DNA of 59,386 bases, the filler included. It is 5 parts of 5 records of this genome, joined end to end, with 100 filler letters (N's around TTAATTAATTAA, not from the genome) between each part and the next. Parts side by side here need not be neighbours in the genome. Positions count along the whole stretch, not along the records: positions 26,985 to 32,212 come from SRR2962707_1810; positions 32,313 to 50,783 come from SRR2962707_1813; 3 more parts are not named here. One strand, 5' to 3'. The translations under genes and the position numbers were made by a program. Under the pieces are notes generated by a model, which saw only the letters and a list, made by a program, of their open reading frames with translations, searched no databases and was not told the DNA's origin. Shown here one piece after another: positions 31,955 through 41,373 of this stretch (within the stretch, counting starts at the first letter, position 1; each line of letters starts with the position of its first letter).

Positions 31955-32212
31955 CGCGATGAGTGAGTCACATACATCACAGTTGACACTTCATTCGGTG
32001 CCTCCTGGTTCTTCAGGTTTTCAGTTTTCAAGTCCAGCCAGACATTCGTCGACACATCACACAGGCAGCTTATTAAGATTCGAACACCCACCGCCGCAGC
32101 AGTTCCTTTGGTTTTTTTTTCGAAAAAACGAAGGAGCATAGTGAGTGAGAGTGAGAAAGTATCGAGAGAGGGGGAAGGGGGGGGAGGGGGGGAGTGAGTG
32201 AGAGAGAGAGGG

Positions 32213-32312
32213 NNNNNNNNNNNNNNNNNNNNNNNNNNNNNNNNNNNNNNNNNNNNTTAATTAATTAANNNNNNNNNNNNNNNNNNNNNNNNNNNNNNNN
32301 NNNNNNNNNNNN
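32213..32312. other. Artificial contig-joining spacer
   Basis: N-run with TTAATTAATTAA; preceded by GA/G-rich simple repeat. Confidence 0.98.
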
Positions 32313-32341
32313 CGTGAGTTCGAATCTCATCGCCCGCTCCA
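32313..32341 (+). tRNA. 3' fragment of tRNA-Gly (T-arm, acceptor strand, CCA); may be an att-site copy
   Basis: GTGAG-TTCGAAT-CTCAT T-stem/loop, CGCCCGC acceptor strand, discriminator T, then CCA. U73 with a GCG-start acceptor is typical of bacterial tRNA-Gly; anticodon not in window. Confidence 0.8.
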
Positions 32342-32608
32342 ATAAAAGTCTAACACTGAGAAAGCTGCTTCCGTGCGGCGCAGACTGTAGGCCTCTTAAA
32401 ACGAGCAGGGCGGCCCGTGCGGCGTTGCGCCTCGTTGAGAATCAACACGCGCACCCTATTTCTAGAGTCAAGGTTTTTTGTAGCCAGCAGTCAGGTTGTG
32501 TGCATAAATAGCTCGTAGTCTTTGTCTTAACTCTTTGATTCTATGAATAGTTTTGTGGCTTTGGCGGGGCGTAGGGCGCTAAAGACGAATCTTTACAAGG
32601 AGTTGGAT

Positions 32609-32830
32609 GTGAGTGATTCTCGGAAATCTAAGGCCTATGGGGGGAGAATGACTTCACAGCGATTCGGGGACTTGATCCCTAATGTGGTTTTGTCAGCATC
32701 GACTTCTGACTCCACACCGCTGCCTGGCGCTGACTGGCAAGTTTCAGACGAGACGGTCCAAGCTATTGAGGACGTCGAGCGGATTTGCCGCTTTGCTGAA
32801 CCGCAAAGTGGGCGGCTGGTATTCGGCTGA
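32609..32830 (+). CDS. Small hypothetical protein (73 aa from GTG 32609; alternative ATG 32648)
   Basis: AAGGAG at 32597-32602, 6 nt before an in-frame GTG; co-oriented with and 39-78 nt upstream of the large islet ORF. Confidence 0.5.
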   Translation: MSDSRKSKAYGGRMTSQRFGDLIPNVVLSASTSDSTPLPGADWQVSDETVQAIEDVERICRFAEPQSGRLVFG

Positions 32831-32908
32831 AACACACTATCTGTACCCGAAGAATAAGTTTGACCCATTGTGCGCAGTCATTGGCCTGCGCCGAATATTG
32901 TCAATTTA

Positions 32909-34540
32909 ATGGAAATAACTCATTTCAAGTTATCTCTGGATGACGAGAAAACTTGGCAAGAATTGGAACTTCAACTCGCGAACGGTGGGCACCAACCCGT
33001 CACGAAAAAAATAGTCGAACAGCTTAAGGGGTTGGGTGCGACCTCGATCGTTGTAGAAAGCGAGTATTTTGATAGAGACTTCTCAGAAGCATATTCAGCT
33101 TTTTATTCAACAATATTTCGACGCCATCCAAAGGCATGTAGACGGTTCCATTTTTTTAGCGCCGATCTGACCGCTCTATTTCAACATTCCGAAGCTCCGG
33201 CGATTTTAGCGACGCGCATGCAGGAGGCGGCGCCTGCATATCTGGGATATTTAGTGCAACGGCCTTTGAGGCACGCTCCTATTGGTGTGGCGGTCCTCAA
33301 GCTTCCGTACGCCTTGGATCATTTGGAGCCGCACCTGCTGGTACGGTCAACGTATAAAACGCATCTTCTTGGTGCGGAGTTCACCGTTGTGGGTATTCCA
33401 TTTACCCAACAAGATTCGCGGGTGGGAGCATGCGCTCAAGCAACGATCTGGATGGCAGGCAGGCATTTTCATACGAAACATGCTGGTCCGTGGATATCGA
33501 CCGTTGGAATAACCGAGGCCGCGACAGAAGTTTCTCAAATTGCTTTGAACTTATCTCTTCCAGCTGGTTCTGAGTTCCTCACGCTTGATAATATGGCGAC
33601 GGCTCTGCGGGCTATGGGTCGCCAAGTTCGATTTTATCAAGGCGTTTGGAGCGACGAACAAAAGTGTTTCGACTGGGGAAACATTCGCCCTTACGATGAA
33701 ATCAACAGATATGTGGACTCTGGAATTCCAGTAATTCTCGGACTCGCGCAAGCTCCGACCGGAATTGGACATGCCATGTTGGCAACCGGTCATGTTTTAA
33801 AAACTTTAGATGTCTCCCAAGGACTTCCTCAGAGACCTACTCGTGCAGAGTTTTGTGAATCCTTCTTGGTCAACGATGATCAACGTGGTCCGAATTTGCA
33901 ATTTCCTATAAAGGACGGAATTGCAGGAGACATCGATGATTTCTCGTTTGCGAAACATCTTGCGTATCTCATCGTACCCCTTCCGTCGAAGGTATATCTT
34001 CCCGGAGAGGCGGCAGAGAAGTTGGCGTGGGATTTACTGTCCAATTATCGCAAAGACTGGGATGCTTTGAAAAAGTCCCACCAAAAGGAATTAGAAGGCT
34101 CTATCGAGTTAGCTGAGAATTTCTGCAACAGTATGGACTGTGGCGTGGTAGTGGCACGCACGTATCTTACATACGGTTGGAAACACAAACATCGAATGCT
34201 TCGCAATCGACTGGACGATAACTTCAAGGCGTTATTGTTGACACATGATTTGCCGAAATATGTCTGGGTCACTGAGTTCGGAACGCTTGATTCGCTGAAT
34301 ACACCTAACCCCACGGATCGCAAAATATTTGCTCATACAGTAGTTGATGCTACTGCTAGCCAATATTGGGATTCTTGGAATATGCTCTATGCGCCTGGAT
34401 TTGGAATGGCATTTGCGCACTCTGCTTCGGTGCCATTTGCGCCATTCGAGCGCCGTGCCGTTCTTATTCCAAATGCTTCATCATATTTCCCCAAGATACG
34501 TGGTGAGATGGACTTTGCTCGATTTGGATACACGATCTAG
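32909..34540 (+). CDS. Uncharacterised protein with papain-like (C39-like) cysteine peptidase core
   Basis: Ordered motifs QQD..VGACAQA.IW (oxyanion Gln, Cys), SGIPVILG...GHAM.ATG (His), FLVNDD (Asp); extra N- and C-terminal domains; start ATG 32909 or GTG 32870. Confidence 0.6.
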   Translation: MEITHFKLSLDDEKTWQELELQLANGGHQPVTKKIVEQLKGLGATSIVVESEYFDRDFSEAYSAFYSTIFRRHPKACRRFHFFSADLTALFQHSEAPAILATRMQEAAPAYLGYLVQRPLRHAPIGVAVLKLPYALDHLEPHLLVRSTYKTHLLGAEFTVVGIPFTQQDSRVGACAQATIWMAGRHFHTKHAGPWISTVGITEAATEVSQIALNLSLPAGSEFLTLDNMATALRAMGRQVRFYQGVWSDEQKCFDWGNIRPYDEINRYVDSGIPVILGLAQAPTGIGHAMLATGHVLKTLDVSQGLPQRPTRAEFCESFLVNDDQRGPNLQFPIKDGIAGDIDDFSFAKHLAYLIVPLPSKVYLPGEAAEKLAWDLLSNYRKDWDALKKSHQKELEGSIELAENFCNSMDCGVVVARTYLTYGWKHKHRMLRNRLDDNFKALLLTHDLPKYVWVTEFGTLDSLNTPNPTDRKIFAHTVVDATASQYWDSWNMLYAPGFGMAFAHSASVPFAPFERRAVLIPNASSYFPKIRGEMDFARFGYTI

Positions 34541-34590
34541 CGCCTCTAAATCCTTTGGCGTGATGTTTTCAAATCCCTTGGTATCTTTAA

Positions 34591-35079
34591 ATGAATAGTA
34601 TATGCCCCTGCAGTTCCGGGCTCGACTTTGCGAGCTGCTGCGAGCCTTACCTCACAGGCGCGAAACTGCCGCCCGCGCCGGAAGCGCTGATGCGCTCGCG
34701 GTACTCGGCCTTCGCGACCGGCAATATTCCCTATCTGGAAGAAACGCTGCTGCCCGGCACGCGCGACGATTTCGATGCCAAGGGCGCGGCGGAGTGGGCG
34801 GCGGCCAGCGAATGGACGGGGCTCGAAGTGCGCCACACCGAAGGTGGCGGACCCGGCGAAACGGAAGGCGTCGTCGAATTCGTTGCGCATTACCGGCAGG
34901 CGGGCGCGGAGCGCATCCATCACGAGACGGCGACCTTCACGCACAAGGACGGGCGCTGGTGGTACACCGACGGGATCATGGGCGTGAAGCCGCGCCGCGC
35001 CGAAAAGATCGGCCGCAACGATCCCTGCTCCTGCGGTTCCGGCAAGAAATACAAGAAGTGCTGCGGCGCCGCTGCCTGA
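34591..35079 (+). CDS. ychJ: YchJ family protein with SEC-C motifs
   Basis: N-terminal CPC.SG...[27 protein letters not shown]-terminal [18 protein letters not shown]. Confidence 0.9.
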   Translation: MNSICPCSSGLDFASCCEPYLTGAKLPPAPEALMRSRYSAFATGNIPYLEETLLPGTRDDFDAKGAAEWAAASEWTGLEVRHTEGGGPGETEGVVEFVAHYRQAGAERIHHETATFTHKDGRWWYTDGIMGVKPRRAEKIGRNDPCSCGSGKKYKKCCGAAA

Positions 35080-35190
35080 GTTCCCTCGCCTGAGTTCCAT
35101 GCACCTGCGCATGCTTCCCTGATCCTGCCATTCATGCTCCACTGCGGCCCGCCGCTCGGCAAGAGAGCGTGTTTCGGGGGAGGGTTTCGA

Positions 35191-36666
35191 GTGGTGGATG
35201 CTGTCGGGAAAGGTCCGGTCAATGAGCCGGTCCGCGTGCAGGTGCCGGGACAGGCGAGCACGCAACTTCTCTCCGCCACGGGCGATGCGGCCGCCGACGC
35301 GAAGGGCCAGATGAGCTGGGCGCTCTTCGAATGGGCGCGCAATCCATACGTCATCCTCATCACCATCTATATCTTCTCGCCTTACTTCACGAGCACGGTG
35401 GTCGGCGATCCCGTCCGCGGCCAGGCGATCTGGGGCAACATCAACGGCATCGCCGGTTTCTTCATTGCGTGTCTCGGGCCTGTGCTCGGTGCGATCGCGG
35501 ACACGGGCGGCAAGCGCAAACCGTGGATCGTGTTCTTCGTCGCGCTGATGGTGCCCGCCATGTTCGCGCTCTGGTGGGCGATGCCGGGGGAGGGCGGGTT
35601 GTCGATCCTCTCCATTGCGGCGCTGATCGTGCTGATAGCGGTCGCGTTTGAATTCTCCGCCGTGTTTCACAATTCGATGCTGCCCGCTGTCGCGCCGCAT
35701 GAGCGGATCGGATTTCTCTCCGGTCTCGGGCTCGCGCTCGGCAATGCGGGCGCGCTGCTCATTCTCTGTTTCATGCTCTGGGCCTTCATGCTGCCGGGCG
35801 CCGTGCCGTGGAGCTTCGTGCCGGACGCACCGCTGTTCGGCATCGATGCGGGCGCGAATGAAAACAGCCGTATCTCCGGGCCCATCGTCGCGGTCTGGCT
35901 GCTCGTCTTCTCGCTGCCGCTGCTTTTGTGGACGCCGGATGTGAAGGGTGCAAACGTGCCGGTGACTGTCGCGATACGGCGCGGCCTCGGCTCGGTCGTC
36001 GGCACGGTCAGGAAGCTGAAGCACTACCGCAACATCGCGATCTATCTCGCCGCGCGCATGTTCTACAATGACGGCAAGACGGCGGTGCTCGTTTTCGGCG
36101 GCGTCTATGCGGCGGGCGTCTTCGGCTGGAATGCGCTGACGCTGACAATCTACGGCATCGTGCTTTCCGTCTTCGCGGTCGGCGGCGGCTTTTTCGGCGG
36201 CTGGCTCGACGACAGGTTCGGCTCGAAGCGCGCGATCCTCGTTTCCATCGGCGGCACCTGTGTCGGGCTCATCCTCGCGATCTCGATGACGCCGACAGAA
36301 ATCTTCTTCCTGCCCTATGACGCGGCTTCCGCTGAACCGGTCTGGGATCTGCCCTTCTTCGCGACGCTGCCGGAACTCATGTATCTGATCGTGGTGCTGA
36401 TCGTCGCGATCTGCATCACGGCCGCCTATGCCAACAGCCGCACCATGCTGGCGCGCATTGCGCCTGCATCGAAGATGTCGGAGTTCTTCGGCATCTATGC
36501 GCTGTCGGGTACGGCGACGGCGTTTCTCGGGCCGCTGCTTGTCGGCTATGCGACGTGGCTCTTCCAGAGCCAGCGCATCGGCTTTGCGTCGATTCTTCTG
36601 CTTCTCGGCATCGGCCTTGCCGGTATGCTGTTCGTGAAGGAAGAACGCGCGGAGGCGGTCGATTGA
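35191..36666 (+). CDS. MFS transporter (UMF1/ATG22-like)
   Basis: SWALFEWA, P.LGAIAD..GKRKPW, NSMLP, GFLSGLG, RMFYNDG, SRTMLARIAP...EFFG.YAL.G. Confidence 0.88.
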   Translation: MVDAVGKGPVNEPVRVQVPGQASTQLLSATGDAAADAKGQMSWALFEWARNPYVILITIYIFSPYFTSTVVGDPVRGQAIWGNINGIAGFFIACLGPVLGAIADTGGKRKPWIVFFVALMVPAMFALWWAMPGEGGLSILSIAALIVLIAVAFEFSAVFHNSMLPAVAPHERIGFLSGLGLALGNAGALLILCFMLWAFMLPGAVPWSFVPDAPLFGIDAGANENSRISGPIVAVWLLVFSLPLLLWTPDVKGANVPVTVAIRRGLGSVVGTVRKLKHYRNIAIYLAARMFYNDGKTAVLVFGGVYAAGVFGWNALTLTIYGIVLSVFAVGGGFFGGWLDDRFGSKRAILVSIGGTCVGLILAISMTPTEIFFLPYDAASAEPVWDLPFFATLPELMYLIVVLIVAICITAAYANSRTMLARIAPASKMSEFFGIYALSGTATAFLGPLLVGYATWLFQSQRIGFASILLLLGIGLAGMLFVKEERAEAVD

Positions 36667-36668
36667 GC

Positions 36669-38087
36669 ATGGTGGTGGAAGGGGCGGTGCCGGAGATGCA
36701 GCCGCCGCAGGGCGACCATGACGGCGAGCCTGCGTCGAATGTCGCGCAGGGCGCGTGGGTGCTCTACGAGTGGGCCAACCAGACCTATTTCTCGCTCATC
36801 ACGATCTTTCTGTTTCCGCCCTTCTTCACGCAAGTGCTGGCCGCGAACCCGATCGAGGGTCAGGCCTATTGGGGCTATGTGCAGGCGACTGCGGGCATCA
36901 CCATTGCGCTTCTCAGTCCACTGCTCGGGGCGATGGCGGATGCGGCCGGGCCGCGCAAGCCGTGGATCGTGTTCACGACGCTGCTCTGCGCGGCGGGCTG
37001 CTTCTCGCTCTGGTTTGCGGTGCCGGGGCAGCCGCTGCTGCCGGTTGCGATCTCGCTTGTCGTCGCTGCCGTCGGCATGGAATTCACGATCATCTTCGCG
37101 AACGCGATGCTGCCGACCATAGCGTCGGACCGGCGCATCGGGCTTCTGTCCGGCATCGGCATCGGTGTCGGCCAACTTGCCGCCATCGTTGCGCTGGTTC
37201 TCGTGCTGCTCTTGCTGCAACTGCCGGGCGAAGTCAGCGCCTCCTTCATTCCCGATGCGCCGCTGTTCGGCCTCTCGAAAGAGGCTTACGAAACCGACCG
37301 CATCGTCGGGCCGATTTCCGGGCTCTGGTTCATGGTCTTCATGCTGCCGCTCCTGCTCTTCGTGCCGGACCAGAAGGGGAAGGGGCTTGGGCGGCGCGAA
37401 GCAGCGCGCCAGGGGCTTCTCCGTCTCGTCAAGACGATCCGCTCGGCGGGGCATTTCCGCAATGTCGCGATCTATCTCGTCTCGCGGATGCTTTTTTATG
37501 ACGGCATGACGGCGATCTTCGTTTTCGGCGGCATTCTGGCGGCGTCCATCTTCGGCTGGGGCGCGATGGAGATGGCGGTCTATGGCATCTGGGTGACGTT
37601 GTTCGCGGCGTTCGGCGCCTTTGTCGGCGGCTGGGCGGATTTGAAGCTCGGCTCCAAGCGCACGCTGGTCTGGTCGCTTCTCGGCGTCCTCGCGACGTTC
37701 ATCGTGCTGCTCTCCTTCGACCGCGACATGATCTTCTATGTGATCGAGGTGGAGGTGGCCGCCGATGCGGGCGCGTTCACGACGCTGCCGCAGCAGCTCT
37801 TCCTGCTCACCGTCGGCCTGTTCGGCATGTCGGTCGGGCCGGTCATCGCGTCGAGCCGCACCATGATGGCGCGCATTTCGCCGAAGGAAATGATGACGGA
37901 GTTCTTCGGCCTCTTCGCGCTTGTCGGCAAGGCGACGGCCTGGATCGCGCCGCTGTTCATCGGCATCGTGACGGAAGTCACGCAGAACCAGCGCTACGGC
38001 CTGATGGTCACCGTGCCGCTGATCGTGATCGGCCTGATCGGACTTCTTTTCGTGAAGGAAGAACGGGCTTCGGCGGTTGTCCACTAG
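36669..38087 (+). CDS. MFS transporter (UMF1/ATG22-like), tandem paralogue
   Basis: AWVLYEWA, PLLGAMADAAGPRKPW, NAMLP, RMLFYDG, SRTMMARISP...EFFGLFAL.G; starts 2 nt after upstream stop. Confidence 0.88.
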   Translation: MVVEGAVPEMQPPQGDHDGEPASNVAQGAWVLYEWANQTYFSLITIFLFPPFFTQVLAANPIEGQAYWGYVQATAGITIALLSPLLGAMADAAGPRKPWIVFTTLLCAAGCFSLWFAVPGQPLLPVAISLVVAAVGMEFTIIFANAMLPTIASDRRIGLLSGIGIGVGQLAAIVALVLVLLLLQLPGEVSASFIPDAPLFGLSKEAYETDRIVGPISGLWFMVFMLPLLLFVPDQKGKGLGRREAARQGLLRLVKTIRSAGHFRNVAIYLVSRMLFYDGMTAIFVFGGILAASIFGWGAMEMAVYGIWVTLFAAFGAFVGGWADLKLGSKRTLVWSLLGVLATFIVLLSFDRDMIFYVIEVEVAADAGAFTTLPQQLFLLTVGLFGMSVGPVIASSRTMMARISPKEMMTEFFGLFALVGKATAWIAPLFIGIVTEVTQNQRYGLMVTVPLIVIGLIGLLFVKEERASAVVH

Positions 38088-38158
38088 CGCGTTGCGCTTT
38101 CGGGCGCGCCCGTTTATCCACTAAGGTTCATCTTTCGCGCATCGAGGGGCACGCGCTC

Positions 38159-38842
38159 ATGGCCAAGAAGTCCTTTTCCGAACGGCTCGTCCGCCGCTTC
38201 TACTACAAATATTTCGCGCGCAACCTGCTCTATGAATTGCAGATGCGGGCGCGCACGCAATCGGCGGATTATGCCGAGAAGCATATGGCCGAGGCCGTCA
38301 TATTCGAAGACGCGGCCAAGATGCTGAAATACTGCGTGCGCAAGGCGCCTGCCGGTGCGGTGCTTGAATTCGGCGTCGCCGATGGCGGCTCGATCGCCGA
38401 GATCGCGTCGGTGTGCAAGGGCACGGTGCATGGCTTCGACAGTTTCGAGGGCTTGCCGGAAGACTGGGCCGGACACACGGAAGCAGCTGGCACGTTCGAC
38501 CGCGGCGGATCGCTCCCCAAGGTGCCGAAGAATGTCGAGCTTCACAAAGGCTGGTTCTCGGACACGATCCCGCCCTGGAAGGCGCGCCACGCCGATCCGG
38601 TCGGCTTCCTGCACATGGATTGCGACATCTATTCATCGACGCGCGATGTGCTGGCGCTGATGAAGGACCGGCTGCGCGTCGGCACGATCATCAAGTTCGA
38701 CGAGTATTTCAATTACCCGAACTGGCAGCGCCACGAGTACCGCGCGTGGAAGGAATTCGTCGCCGAGCATAGCGTCGAATACCGCTATATCGCCTTCACC
38801 GCGCTGCATGGCCGCGTCGCGGTCGAGATCACGAAAATCTGA
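38159..38842 (+). CDS. Class I SAM-dependent methyltransferase (TylF/MycF-like)
   Basis: LEFGV..GGS, GFDSFEGLPEDW, KGWFSDT, LHMDCDIYSST, FDEY. Confidence 0.8.
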   Translation: MAKKSFSERLVRRFYYKYFARNLLYELQMRARTQSADYAEKHMAEAVIFEDAAKMLKYCVRKAPAGAVLEFGVADGGSIAEIASVCKGTVHGFDSFEGLPEDWAGHTEAAGTFDRGGSLPKVPKNVELHKGWFSDTIPPWKARHADPVGFLHMDCDIYSSTRDVLALMKDRLRVGTIIKFDEYFNYPNWQRHEYRAWKEFVAEHSVEYRYIAFTALHGRVAVEITKI

Positions 38843-38848
38843 GGCGGT

Positions 38849-39169
38849 TCAGCCGAGTTTGACGGCGGTGCCGGACGCGATGCAGATCAGCATGGAGCCA
38901 CCTTTTCCGGCGACTTCGTAGTCGAGATCGATGCCGACGACCGCATCGGCGCCGAGGCGCTCTGCCTCCTCGACCATGTCGCGCATCGCCCCGTCGCGGG
39001 CCGACTTCAGCACCTTCTCGTAGGCACCGGAGCGCCCGCCCACGAAGTCGCGGATCGAGGCGAAAACGTCGCGAAAGACATTGGCGCCGATCACGGCCTG
39101 GCCGGAGACGACGGCCTTGTATTCGGCGATCTTGCGGCCTTCGACCGAATTCGTTGTTGTAACGATCAT
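38849..39169 (-). CDS. YbjQ/UPF0145 family protein
   Basis: [52 protein letters not shown]. Confidence 0.92.
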   Translation of the reverse strand: MIVTTTNSVEGRKIAEYKAVVSGQAVIGANVFRDVFASIRDFVGGRSGAYEKVLKSARDGAMRDMVEEAERLGADAVVGIDLDYEVAGKGGSMLICIASGTAVKLG

Positions 39170-39188
39170 CCCGTTCTCCCTCCGAGGA

Positions 39189-40802
39189 TCAGTGCCGGAA
39201 GTGGCGCATGCCCGTCATGACCATGGCGAGGCCTTTTTCGTCGGCCGCCGCGATCACTTCGTCGTCGCGCATGGAGCCGCCCGGCTGGATCACCGCTGTC
39301 GCGCCCGCTTCCGCCGCCGAGAGCAAGCCATCGGCGAAGGGGAAGAAGGCGTCCGACGCGACGACCGAGCCGATCGTGGCCGGCGTCTTCTCGCCCGCGG
39401 CTTCGGCGGCATCCTGCGCCTTGCGGGCGGCGATGCGCGCCGAATCCACGCGGCTCATCTGGCCCGCGCCGATGCCGACGGTCGCGCCGTTCTTCACATA
39501 GATGATCGCGTTCGACTTCACATGCTTGCAGACACGGAAGGCGAATTTGAGATCGGCCATTTCCTGCGCGCTCGGCGCGCGCTTCGTCACGACCTTGAGG
39601 TCGAGCGTGTCGATGCGGCCATTGTCGCGCGACTGCACCAGCATGCCGCCCGCAACCGCCTTGAAGTTGAGGCCCGGCGCGCCCGCATCGGGCAGCCCAT
39701 GGGTGATCAGCAAGCGGAGGTTTTTCTTCTGGCCGATGATGCGGCGCGCGTCTTCGTCGGCGTCCGGCGCGATGATGACTTCGGTGAAGATGCGCGCGAT
39801 CTCTTCCGCCGTCTCGCCATCGAGCGTTCGGTTCGCGGCGATGATGCCGCCGAAAGCCGAAACCGGGTCGCAGGCAAGCGCCTTGCGGTAGGCGTCGGCC
39901 AGCGTGTCGCCGGTTGCGACGCCGCAGGGGTTCGCGTGCTTGATGATCGCGATCGCGGGAGCGAGCTTCGGATCGAACTCGCCTGCGAGCTCGAAGGCCG
40001 CGTCCGTATCGTTGATGTTGTTGTAGGAGAGCTCCTTGCCCTGAAGCTGCTCGGCATTCGAGACGCCGGGGCGATGTTCGCCCGTCACGTAGAAGCTCGC
40101 AATCTGATGCGGGTTCTCGCCGTAGCGCAGCGTCTGCTTCAGGCTGCCGCCAAAGGCGCGGTAGTCCGGCGCCGCTTCGCCGATGGCATCGGCCATCCAG
40201 TTCGAGATCGCGGCATCGTAGGCCGCCGTGCGGGCATAGGCTTTCTGCGCGAGTTTCGTGCGGAGCGCGAGCGAGGTGCCGTTCTTCGTCTTCAATTCGT
40301 CGAGCACCGCGCCGTAGTCCGCCGCGTCCACGACGACTGCCACATAGGCATGGTTCTTCGCCGCGCCGCGTATCATCGCGGGGCCGCCGATATCGATGTT
40401 CTCCACGCAGTCGTCATAGCCCGCGCCCTTCGCGACCGTTTCCTCGAAGGGGTAGAGGTTCACCACCAGAAGGTCGATGTTGCCGATGCCGTGTTCCTTC
40501 ATCGAGGCGGTGTGGGCCGCGTCGTCGCGCACGGCCAGCAATCCGCCATGGACCTTCGGGTGCAGCGTCTTCACGCGCCCGTCCATCATTTCGGGGAAGC
40601 CTGTCAGGTCTGACACGTCCTTCACCGGCAGCGCCGCATCCTTGATCGCCTTGGCCGTACCGCCGGTCGAAACGAGTTCGACGCCTGCCTCGTGCAGCGC
40701 ACGGGCGAAATCGGCGAGGCCGGTTTTGTCGGAAACGGAAAGGAGCGCGCGGCGGACGCGCTGGATGTCGGCGGCTTGCGGGTTCGGTTTCGCGGTCGGC
40801 AT
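39189..40802 (-). CDS. purH: Bifunctional AICAR transformylase / IMP cyclohydrolase
   Basis: [64 protein letters not shown]. Confidence 0.97.
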   Translation of the reverse strand: MPTAKPNPQAADIQRVRRALLSVSDKTGLADFARALHEAGVELVSTGGTAKAIKDAALPVKDVSDLTGFPEMMDGRVKTLHPKVHGGLLAVRDDAAHTASMKEHGIGNIDLLVVNLYPFEETVAKGAGYDDCVENIDIGGPAMIRGAAKNHAYVAVVVDAADYGAVLDELKTKNGTSLALRTKLAQKAYARTAAYDAAISNWMADAIGEAAPDYRAFGGSLKQTLRYGENPHQIASFYVTGEHRPGVSNAEQLQGKELSYNNINDTDAAFELAGEFDPKLAPAIAIIKHANPCGVATGDTLADAYRKALACDPVSAFGGIIAANRTLDGETAEEIARIFTEVIIAPDADEDARRIIGQKKNLRLLITHGLPDAGAPGLNFKAVAGGMLVQSRDNGRIDTLDLKVVTKRAPSAQEMADLKFAFRVCKHVKSNAIIYVKNGATVGIGAGQMSRVDSARIAARKAQDAAEAAGEKTPATIGSVVASDAFFPFADGLLSAAEAGATAVIQPGGSMRDDEVIAAADEKGLAMVMTGMRHFRH

Positions 40803-40965
40803 GGGGCGGGGCTCCGGGGCGCGGGGAGGGATGGCCGGGGCGATAGCATGAAACGGGCAGGGGGCCAAGGCGGCGCGCGCGTCTTACCCCGCAGGTAATC
40901 GAAATAGCGGCGCGACGCCGCTAGGCTGCCGCCCCTGAACCCCGAAAACCGCAGGATTCCGCCTC

Positions 40966-41373
40966 ATGAGCCAGACTCCCGATATTTCCTACCTTCCCTT
41001 CGCCAATCTCCTCGGTATCGAGCTCACGGAGGCCAGTCCCGACCGGGTGGTGGCGACGCTTACTGTCCGCAAGGAGCTCTGCACGATCCCGGACATCCTG
41101 CATGGCGGGGCTATCATGTCCTTTGCGGACACGGTGGGGGCGGTTGCCACTGTTCTCAACCTCAAGGACGGGGCGACAACCACGACGGTCGAGAGCAAGA
41201 CCAATTTCCTCGCGCCGGTGCCGCTCGGCGACGTTGCGACGGCGACCTGCGAACCCTTCCACAAGGGCGGGCGGCTGATGGTCTGGCAGACGAAGATCAC
41301 GCGGAACGATGGACGGCTTTGCGCCGTGGTGACGCAGAGCCAGATGGTGCTGGAGCCGAAGAAGAAGGACTAG
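40966..41373 (+). CDS. PaaI family thioesterase
   Basis: LHGGAIMSFADT, TT.ESKTNFL, H.GGR..VWQT hotdog motifs. Confidence 0.9.
   Translation: MSQTPDISYLPFANLLGIELTEASPDRVVATLTVRKELCTIPDILHGGAIMSFADTVGAVATVLNLKDGATTTTVESKTNFLAPVPLGDVATATCEPFHKGGRLMVWQTKITRNDGRLCAVVTQSQMVLEPKKKD

Larger units (their letters stand above)
32342..34590. mobile_element. Small AT-richer horizontally acquired islet next to tRNA-Gly
   Basis: Visibly lower GC and A/T-ending codons than the host genes from 34591 on; abrupt switch at the ychJ start; no integrase visible. Confidence 0.6.

Noticed and set aside
20370-32313. Bacterium-to-eukaryote horizontal transfer suggested by adjacency
   Set aside because: All junctions are artificial spacers
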